Shown here: positions 7,966 through 14,508 of the stretch, piece by piece
Position numbering within the stretch: the stretch's first letter is position 1
How the letters are laid out: each line of letters opens with the position of its first letter
Origin: Caldilineae bacterium
GTDB lineage: Bacteria > Chloroflexota > Anaerolineae > DUEN01
Reading direction: 5' to 3'
Assembly (NCBI GenBank): GCA_011176545.1
Contig: DUEN01000064.1
Coordinates: 4,623 to 28,622 of the forward strand
Length of the DNA stretch: 24,000 bases
Translations under genes and position numbers: made by a program
Notes under the pieces: generated by a model
Database searches by the model: none
What the model was told of the DNA's origin: nothing
The model's input: the letters and a program-made list of their open reading frames with translations, nothing else

Positions 7966-8876
7966 TCAGTTCGCTCCTGGCGCTTCTGATCCCGAGCCTC
8001 CTGTTCCTCCTGAGCCGAGAGCCAGACCCTCAACAGTCCCAGGAGATTCACATACCCCACCACGCGATAGTTGTCATCCACGACGGGCAATCCCTGTAAC
8101 TCCCGCACACCCAGCTCGTGGATCTTCCTGAAGGCATCCTCGACGGTGTCATCGAGCTTGACCCAGACGGGCGGGAGCATGGCCTCCCTAACGCGACGAA
8201 CCCGGCTGCGTTGGGCAAAGTCCGCCACGCTGTTCCAATTCGTGACGTGCGAGAGGAACTCCTCCGGGATGATGTGCAGGAACACATCCTCCGCGACGGT
8301 GGAGAGAGGAAGAACGCCCACCAGTTGATTCTCATCGTTCACCACGCAGGCGCAATGGACGTCCGGATGCTGGATCATCGCTCGCGCGGCCTCGTCCAGC
8401 GTATCCTCCTCGTGAACGATGACAGGGGTCAACCGTGCCACTTCCGAGATCGGCGTATGGCGCGTGATCGTGCGCGGCCCCATGGGCGCCAACATCGGTG
8501 GCCTCTGCTCAGGCGGTGCCGGGGCGCGCTTACGTATCCCCTTGGCGATGCCTACCGGCAGAGCGAGAAGCAGGCCACCATGAGGCCGATCGAATCCCCC
8601 CGTCACGCGCTCCGCCTCGGCGATGGCTCGCTCCAGCACATGCTCGTCGTCAATTGCTGCCAGCAATATGCGTCCTCGGACCTCCTCCGCCTGAAAGAGG
8701 TTCCGCAACGCCGTCGGCAACGGCAGGCCACTGCGCTCAAGCCAGCTGCGCGCCCGGAAACCGCCGACGCTATCCACGATCGTGATGCCGGGCACGCCCG
8801 CCTTCTCCCAGGCGTCCATGAGCTGAGGCACCTGTTCGAGATGGCTGAGGATCACGATCAGTAGATGAGAGGTCAT
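7962..8876 (-). CDS. Regulatory protein: N-terminal PII-like (GlnB-fold) domain fused to a C-terminal CBS-domain pair
   Basis: Residues 1-115 follow a beta-alpha-beta-beta-alpha-beta pattern resembling PII-like proteins (LLIVILSH..QLMDAWEKAGVPGITIVDSVGG...RILLAAIDDEHVLERAIAEA...GLLLALPV). Residues ~140-290 carry two CBS motifs (VIVHEEDTLDEAARAM...VVNDENQLVGVL and VWVKLDDTVEDAFRKI...PVVDDNYRVVGYV). AAGGAGGGAGG RBS. Confidence 0.65.
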   Translation of the reverse strand: MTSHLLIVILSHLEQVPQLMDAWEKAGVPGITIVDSVGGFRARSWLERSGLPLPTALRNLFQAEEVRGRILLAAIDDEHVLERAIAEAERVTGGFDRPHGGLLLALPVGIAKGIRKRAPAPPEQRPPMLAPMGPRTITRHTPISEVARLTPVIVHEEDTLDEAARAMIQHPDVHCACVVNDENQLVGVLPLSTVAEDVFLHIIPEEFLSHVTNWNSVADFAQRSRVRRVREAMLPPVWVKLDDTVEDAFRKIHELGVRELQGLPVVDDNYRVVGYVNLLGLLRVWLSAQEEQEARDQKRQERTE

Positions 8877-8964
8877 GCCCTCCCTCCTTTCCCAAGCCGC
8901 CCTATATCAGGAACGCCCCAGGAGGCCGTCCATAGCACATGGAAAGGCACCTTCTCGGCTGAAG

Positions 8965-9462
8965 CTACACGATCATCACGGGGACGCCCGTGCTCTTCTC
9001 CACGGCCTGGGCGAAAGGCGTCACCCCATGTTGATCGAAGACCTGCTTCGCCGCGCCCGCCTGTGGCCGGCCGAGGATGAGCAGATCCGCTCCAACCTCC
9101 TGGAGGAATTTGGGGATTTCCTCGCGAACCTTGCCCTCCCGGATCACTATCTCGGACTCCACCCCCTGGGCCTGGGCGCGTTCTTTCGCCATGAGCAGCA
9201 GGAAATTCCCCATCCCCCGTACCTCGCGTCCCACGTCTACGACGATAGGCGCGGCCGTGTCCCCGACGAAGTCTACATCCACCACGTATAGAAAGATCAG
9301 GCGGGCCCCGCGCCTCTTCGCCTCCTGAATCGCGCGATCCTGAGCTGGATAGCTCGCCTCACCACCACGCGTCGCGCAGACGATCACGGGACGTCTGCGC
9401 TCCTGTTCACCCGCAGAGCCAGAGGCTACGTTCGCCTCCTTTTCACCCTTTTGTCCTAACAT
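8965..9462 (-). CDS. Universal stress protein (UspA family)
   Basis: Typical Usp layout: VIVCATRGG..., RLIFLYVVD, a central helix, then ADLLILGRP...VFDQHGVTPFAQAVEKSTGVPVMIV. Strong GAGGAGAGGAGG RBS. Confidence 0.8.
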   Translation of the reverse strand: MLGQKGEKEANVASGSAGEQERRRPVIVCATRGGEASYPAQDRAIQEAKRRGARLIFLYVVDVDFVGDTAAPIVVDVGREVRGMGNFLLLMAKERAQAQGVESEIVIREGKVREEIPKFLQEVGADLLILGRPQAGAAKQVFDQHGVTPFAQAVEKSTGVPVMIV

Positions 9463-9569
9463 GGTCCTCCTCTCCTCACTTGCGCGCTGTTAGCCGCTCA
9501 CGCGGTCTCTTCGTCGGCGACAGAGGCTTCATGCCCGAGACCTTGATGTGGAATATTTCCTGACGCATG

Positions 9570-11345
9570 TCAGTAGCGTACCATGAGATAGAGCGTCGAT
9601 ACCACCAGGATGAGAAGCGTCGCCGGGACGCCGATCTTGGCGAAGGTCTTAAATGAGAGGGGATAACCCGCCCGCTCAGCGATCCCGGCCGTAACGATGT
9701 TCGCGGCCGCGCCGATGGTCGTCGCGTTGCCCCCCAGGTCCGTCCCCAACGCCAGGGCCCAGTATATCACATTGTTGTCCGCCCCAGGGATCGTCTGAGT
9801 CAGGTAGCCCGCCACGGGCAGCATCGCCGCGGCGAAGGGGATGTTCTCGGTCACAGCTGACCCGAGCGCGGGTATCCAGAGGATCAACAGCACGGCCAAC
9901 GACAGATTATCCCCCGCCACCCGGCCGATGCCTTCCGCGATCAATTGGATGGCGCCGATGTCCTCCAGCGCGCCGACCAGGATGAACAGGGACATGAAGA
10001 AGAGTAACGTCGTCCAATCAACCTCCTGCACCATATCGTGGACGCTGGGCTGTGCCCATATCATCAGCCCCACGGCGCCGATCAAGGCCGCTACGGCCGG
10101 GGGCATCTGCAGGAGATCCCCCAGGAAGAACAACACGAGCGTCACCACGGCCATGATCCCCGCCTTACGCAACAGAACGGGATCCTCGATACGGCCGGCC
10201 TCCGCCAGATGCGCCTCCAGGACCTCCCTCTGATTGGTGCGAGCCTTGCGATATTCAGCGCGATAGAGAAACCATGCAATCCCGACGAAGAGCAACGTGA
10301 GCACGATGACGAGCGGTCCCAGGTTCGTCAGGAAGGAAGCGAAGCTCAGGTGCGCGTATGAACCGATGAGCGTATTCGGCGGATCGCCGATGAGCGTGGC
10401 CGTCCCTCCAATGTTGGAGGCCAGCGTCTCGGGCACCAGCAGGGCCAGTGGGTTGATTCCCATCATTAAAGCGATCTCCACCGTGACCGGCGCGATCAGG
10501 AGCATGATCGTCACGTTGTTCAAAAAGGCGGAGGTGACGGCCGTCGTCAGGATCAGGATGGCGACCAACGCCCAGGCGTTGCCACGGCTGGCACGGTACG
10601 CCGTGTAGGCCATCCATTGAAAGACACCCGTGCGCCCCGTGATGGCCACGAAGATCATCAGCCCTAAGATCAAGAAGATCACATCGAAGTCGATGTGATG
10701 CATCGCGCGCTCGAAGCTGATGATGTGCCAATCGGGATCGTATGAGCCCGGGAGATAGGTGATGGCCAGGAGGAGCGTGGCACCCCCCATGGCGGCCAAC
10801 GTCTCGTGCAACAGGCGAAAGGAGATCGCTATGAAGGTGAGGAGGAAGATGATCAGCGTCACGAAAAAGGCGGGGTGAAAGGCCCGCGGCATGATCACTT
10901 CTCCGACGTCGGCGTAAAGGTGATCGCTGCTCCACGCCAACAGACGGGCGGGGACGCCCAGTCGCGTCTCGCGAAATGCGTGGGCGTTGATCTCAATGGC
11001 GACCGGCCGACGGCCGGAGGCGATGGCCTCAGCCACGGGGCCAGGCAGGCGAACCACGAGACGGAAGAGTCCATCCGGCTCCGAGGCGATCTCCTCGACC
11101 GGATCGCCATCCGGGGAGACGAGCGGCTGGCGCTCACCTCCGACGAACAGGCTCACCTCCGCCTCGGAGATGGCCAACCCCTGAGAGTTCACGGCCCTCC
11201 CCAGGACGATCAAGGTGACCTCCTCCGCCATCGGGGGAGTCTGGGCTACCGGTGGCGTTTGACTCTGGCCCGTAGCCCCCGCTACGCCCAACGCTGTCAA
11301 CAACAGAGCGAGACTCAAGGCGATGAGATGTCGAGCGCGATGCAT
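9570..11345 (-). CDS. ArsB/NhaD-superfamily permease paralogue with signal peptide and ~130-aa extracytoplasmic N-terminal domain
   Basis: The ORF-track start at 11384 is TTG. I prefer ATG 11345, preceded by GGAGGAGGGA, giving MHRARHLIALSLALLLTALGVAGATG (signal-like). A beta-rich segment follows (VTLIVLGRAVNSQGLAISEAEVSLFV...PDGLFRLVVRLPG), reminiscent of CarboxypepD_reg-like folds. The permease core is paralogous to 6694-7965 (SNIGGTATLIGDPPN, TDLGGNATTIGAAAN). Confidence 0.75.
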   Translation of the reverse strand: MHRARHLIALSLALLLTALGVAGATGQSQTPPVAQTPPMAEEVTLIVLGRAVNSQGLAISEAEVSLFVGGERQPLVSPDGDPVEEIASEPDGLFRLVVRLPGPVAEAIASGRRPVAIEINAHAFRETRLGVPARLLAWSSDHLYADVGEVIMPRAFHPAFFVTLIIFLLTFIAISFRLLHETLAAMGGATLLLAITYLPGSYDPDWHIISFERAMHHIDFDVIFLILGLMIFVAITGRTGVFQWMAYTAYRASRGNAWALVAILILTTAVTSAFLNNVTIMLLIAPVTVEIALMMGINPLALLVPETLASNIGGTATLIGDPPNTLIGSYAHLSFASFLTNLGPLVIVLTLLFVGIAWFLYRAEYRKARTNQREVLEAHLAEAGRIEDPVLLRKAGIMAVVTLVLFFLGDLLQMPPAVAALIGAVGLMIWAQPSVHDMVQEVDWTTLLFFMSLFILVGALEDIGAIQLIAEGIGRVAGDNLSLAVLLILWIPALGSAVTENIPFAAAMLPVAGYLTQTIPGADNNVIYWALALGTDLGGNATTIGAAANIVTAGIAERAGYPLSFKTFAKIGVPATLLILVVSTLYLMVRY

Positions 11346-11402
11346 TCCCTCCTCCGTGCGTGCCCCCCAATCTCTAATCTCCAATTCCCAATCCCTAAAC
11401 TC

Positions 11403-12767
11403 CTAACGCCCTTGAACGACCTCCCGGCTGATCTCATGATGGCGACGCACGACCTTCTCCAGGTCGATAGTGCGAAGCTCGCCATCCTCCACGACCACGC
11501 GGCCGTTGACCACGCTCAGGTCCACGTTCTGTGGCATACAGAACACGAGTGCTGCGATGGGATCATGTAATGCCCCCGCGTACGCCAGGCGATCAAGTCG
11601 AAACCCGATGAAATCCGCGGCCATCCCAGGCGCCAGCGCGCCGATGTCGTCCCGGCCCAGGACGCGAGCGCCGCCCAACGTGGCCATCTCCAACACATCC
11701 CACGCGCTCAGCGCGGCCGGATCGCCCGTCACACGCTGCAGGAGAAGCGCCTGGCGCGCCTCGGCCAGCAGATGCGAACTATCGTTGGAGGCCGAGCCAT
11801 CCACGCCCAATCCGACAGGCACCCCAGCCCGTCGCATGGCCTTGACTGGCGCGATACCGGAGCCCAGCCGCATGTTCGATGAAGGGCAATGCGCCACGCC
11901 TGTGCCCGTTCGCGCCAGCAGCTCGATCTCAGGGGCATTCGCGTAAACTACATGAGCATGCCACACGTCCTCCCCGACCCATCCCAATGTCTCGATGTAG
12001 TGGATAGGGCGAAGGCCGAAGCGCTCAAGGCAAAACCGCTCCTCATCCAGCGTCTCCGCCAGATGGGTGTGCAGGCGGACGTGGTAATGGCGCGCCAGGG
12101 CGGCAGCCTCCCGCATCAGATCGGGGGTGACCGAGAAGGGGGAACAAGGCGCCACGCCGATCCGAATCATACCGAACCGTTCGGGCTGGTGATAGGCTTC
12201 GATGGCCCGCTGGCAATCTCTCAGGATCGCCTCTTCATCCTCGACCACGGAATCGGGCGGGAGCCCTCCCCTGGATTCGCCCAGCGACATGGCCCCCCGG
12301 GTGGGATGGAACCGGATGCCGATCTCCTGTGCCGCGCGAATCTCATCATCGATGCGAACGCCGTTGGGATAAAGGTACAGATGATCACTGCTCGTCGTGC
12401 AGCCTGAGAGGAGGAGCTCGGCCAGGCCCACCAGAGCGCTGATGTAGACGGCCTCTGGCGTCAGCCGCGCCCACATCGGATAGAGGGTCTTCAGCCAGCG
12501 GAAGAGATCGACATCCTGTGCGGCGGGCACAGCCCGGGTCAACGTCTGATACAGATGGTGATGGGTGTTAACGAGCCCAGGCAGGATCACCATCCCCCGC
12601 GCCTCAATCACCCGATCGGCCACGCGATACAGCTCCGGCAGATCTTCCGTCGGACCTACCCATTCAATGGCAGGGCCTCGCGCGAACAGCGCGCCATCCG
12701 GGATCAATCGACCCCTTTCCGTCATCGTCACAAGCCATTCCGCGTGGCGTAATAGGATAGATCCCAT
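11403..12767 (-). CDS. Metal-dependent amidohydrolase, 8-oxoguanine deaminase-like
   Basis: HxH metal motif in GLVNTHHHLYQTLTRAVPAAQD. The segments LFRWLKTLYPMWARLTPE and LLLSGCTTSSDHLYLYPNG resemble the 8-oxoguanine deaminase / atrazine-family deaminase subgroup as I recall it. Substrate is not established. Confidence 0.65.
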   Translation of the reverse strand: MGSILLRHAEWLVTMTERGRLIPDGALFARGPAIEWVGPTEDLPELYRVADRVIEARGMVILPGLVNTHHHLYQTLTRAVPAAQDVDLFRWLKTLYPMWARLTPEAVYISALVGLAELLLSGCTTSSDHLYLYPNGVRIDDEIRAAQEIGIRFHPTRGAMSLGESRGGLPPDSVVEDEEAILRDCQRAIEAYHQPERFGMIRIGVAPCSPFSVTPDLMREAAALARHYHVRLHTHLAETLDEERFCLERFGLRPIHYIETLGWVGEDVWHAHVVYANAPEIELLARTGTGVAHCPSSNMRLGSGIAPVKAMRRAGVPVGLGVDGSASNDSSHLLAEARQALLLQRVTGDPAALSAWDVLEMATLGGARVLGRDDIGALAPGMAADFIGFRLDRLAYAGALHDPIAALVFCMPQNVDLSVVNGRVVVEDGELRTIDLEKVVRRHHEISREVVQGR

Positions 12768-12852
12768 GTTTCACCGCCGCAACGTCGTCACGATGGGGCA
12801 GTATAGCACAGGAGGAGGGAGTGGGCCAGCACCTGGCGGCCGATGTCTATGC

Positions 12853-14163
12853 CTATCCTCGATCACCACCTGGCGCGTGCGCGGCGAGCCTGGGACGTAT
12901 GGATTCCCAGATCCTCTGTTGCAGATCTGGGCTGAACCCCATATAGCGAGCCCAATCGACCTCGTACCCACCCTCCGGGAAGGCCGACGCGGGTGGCAGA
13001 TAAAGCTGCCATCCGTTGGCATATCCTACGATCATGGGGCAATGGTAGCCCATCGTCTCCAGGGCCCTGCGCAGCTCCATGGCCGTCTCCGCGAAGATCT
13101 CCCCTGGCTGGCCCAGGATCAGAATGCCGGACGGCCCCTCGATGCCCACCGCCATGATCTCAAGCGGGCGCTCACCATCCCGATTCGGGACCCATGGGAG
13201 TTCCACGGAAAGAATGGCCTCTCTCCGCTCTCCTCTCTCGTCCGGGGCGGCGGCGACATTCACCACCACGCGCTCGACCCACAGCGGGCCGTCCACACGC
13301 TGCGGCCGCAGGCCATGGGCCACGCGCAGCGCTTCATCGGCAAATGCCTCGCCTATGACGGCGGCCTCCTCGAACGTACCACCCCGCCGATCACCAATGT
13401 TCCAGGCATCGGAGCTATCGTCCGGCCCATAGTAGGTGCTCACATGACCAATAGCCCGCACCGGACGTCCGCTCCTCAGGCGTTCCTGAACCCTCCTCGT
13501 CAGCGGGTTCGCGTCGGCGGAGCCCCCCTGCGTGAAGAGGCAGACGGCTTCCTCGCCCAACGCGCGCTCAAGGGCAGCCATGGCATATCCCGGCCAGTCC
13601 GCGGAGATGAGCAGGTTATCCGCCCCCAGCACGACGCCATGCAGGCCGAAATTGGTGACCAGTCCCAGAGGACGACCATCGTCATCGTCCACACGGATAA
13701 CCGTCACGGCCGGATCGATGGGGCGATGGATCCAACGGCGGTTGATCGAGTGGCCATAGAGGACGCCATAGCCCACGGCCAGCGCGGCTGGCCGAAGCTG
13801 AGAAGCCGCCTGGATGATCGCCTCCGCGACCAATTCCGGCAAGGGGGTCGGATAGCTATCCGTGTCGGCATCATCGGGGCCGGAATGAGTATGCGTAGTG
13901 CAGATAAAGACGTGATCTCCAGGGATATGAGTCTGTCCCCCTACGATCTCCCGCACGGCCGCGACGCTGGGCTCCCGGAAATAGCACAGATCGAGGGCAC
14001 AGAGCGCCCACGCCCGTCCCTCGTTCTCCAGGACGAGCGCCCGGGCGAACAGCCGGTCATGAACGCCTGTAGATCCCTGCTCTCGACCGGCATATCCGAC
14101 CAAACGGGCGCCCACACGAGGCGTGATATCGATCTTGCCAAACCCAGCACGTAGTGATCCCAT
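12853..14163 (-). CDS. Neutral/alkaline ceramidase N-terminal-domain family hydrolase
   Basis: N-terminal LRAGFGKIDITP..G..L.GY and the motif ICTTHTHSGPDD match the (H)THSGP zinc/active-site motif of neutral ceramidases. GGAGAGGAAGAG RBS. The true substrate in this organism is unknown. Confidence 0.7.
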   Translation of the reverse strand: MGSLRAGFGKIDITPRVGARLVGYAGREQGSTGVHDRLFARALVLENEGRAWALCALDLCYFREPSVAAVREIVGGQTHIPGDHVFICTTHTHSGPDDADTDSYPTPLPELVAEAIIQAASQLRPAALAVGYGVLYGHSINRRWIHRPIDPAVTVIRVDDDDGRPLGLVTNFGLHGVVLGADNLLISADWPGYAMAALERALGEEAVCLFTQGGSADANPLTRRVQERLRSGRPVRAIGHVSTYYGPDDSSDAWNIGDRRGGTFEEAAVIGEAFADEALRVAHGLRPQRVDGPLWVERVVVNVAAAPDERGERREAILSVELPWVPNRDGERPLEIMAVGIEGPSGILILGQPGEIFAETAMELRRALETMGYHCPMIVGYANGWQLYLPPASAFPEGGYEVDWARYMGFSPDLQQRIWESIRPRLAAHAPGGDRG

Positions 14164-14223
14164 CTCTTCCTCTCCGTCAAACGGGTAACTTCACAGCGAT
14201 ATGGGCTGAGGACAACCGAGGGG

Positions 14224-14252
14224 ATTATACAGCGTTCCAATGGGACTCGCCA
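14224..14252 (-). promoter_or_regulatory. Candidate sigma-70-type promoter for the minus-strand gene run
   Basis: Minus-sense TGGCGA, 17 nt, then a perfect TATAAT -10 hexamer (plus-strand attata at 14224-14229) with TG immediately upstream. It sits about 60 nt upstream of ATG 14163. Confidence 0.35.
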
Positions 14253-14294
14253 GCCGGCCTGGCGGATAATGGGGCGTCACCGGCTGATTATCTG

Positions 14295-14444
14295 TTCGCT
14301 CATATTGGCATACACGACATTATGTAGAGGCGAGGCATACCTTGCCCCTACCTGAATGGCCGAATTGTAGGGGCGCACGGCCGTGCGCCCCTACAAAACA
14401 CGCCTTTTAAGGAAGCGAGTGTTGCTTATTCCAATATGAGCGTA
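14295..14444. repeat. MITE-like element copy 2 (150 bp), complete, flanked by 4-bp direct repeat TCTG
   Basis: Left end TTCGCTCATATTGGCATACACGACA (14295-14319). Right end reverse complement TACGCTCATATTGGAATAAGCAAC (14421-14444). Inside are an imperfect palindrome GTAGAGGCGAGG/CCTTGCCCCTAC (14324-14351) and a perfect 30-nt palindrome TGTAGGGGCGCACGGCCGTGCGCCCCTACA (14366-14395). TCTG occurs at 14291-14294 and 14445-14448. Confidence 0.65.
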
Positions 14445-14449
14445 TCTGT

Positions 14450-14478
14450 TTGACCGGCCTCCCCGCGTGTGATAAATT
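14450..14478 (+). promoter_or_regulatory. Candidate promoter of the helicase gene
   Basis: TTGACC (14450-14455), 17-nt spacer, then TAAATT (14473-14478) preceded by TGa (extended -10-like). It lies about 30 nt upstream of ATG 14509 and starts 6 nt after the MITE-like element ends. Confidence 0.4.
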
Positions 14479-14508
14479 GGCCCTACCTTGGTAAGTGGGA
14501 GCTGCCGG

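Noticed and set aside
11346-11402. G-quadruplex in the G-rich permease leader
   Set aside because: Only three clear G-tracts (GGG, GGG, GGGGGG) are present, with one long intervening loop. That is not a convincing four-tract G4 motif.
12565-14154. 529-aa plus-strand ORF, the longest unassigned ORF in the track
   Set aside because: It is exactly antisense to the ceramidase-like gene, whose family motifs are clear. The translation is R/G/P/H-rich low complexity with no motif. This is the typical shadow ORF of a GC-rich gene.
14295-14444. Interpretation of the inverted-repeat-bounded units as integron attC sites or gene-cassette boundaries
   Set aside because: There are no GTTRRRY/RYYYAAC core sites at the ends and no intI or attI in the window. 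The flanking 4-bp direct repeats fit transposition rather than site-specific cassette recombination.
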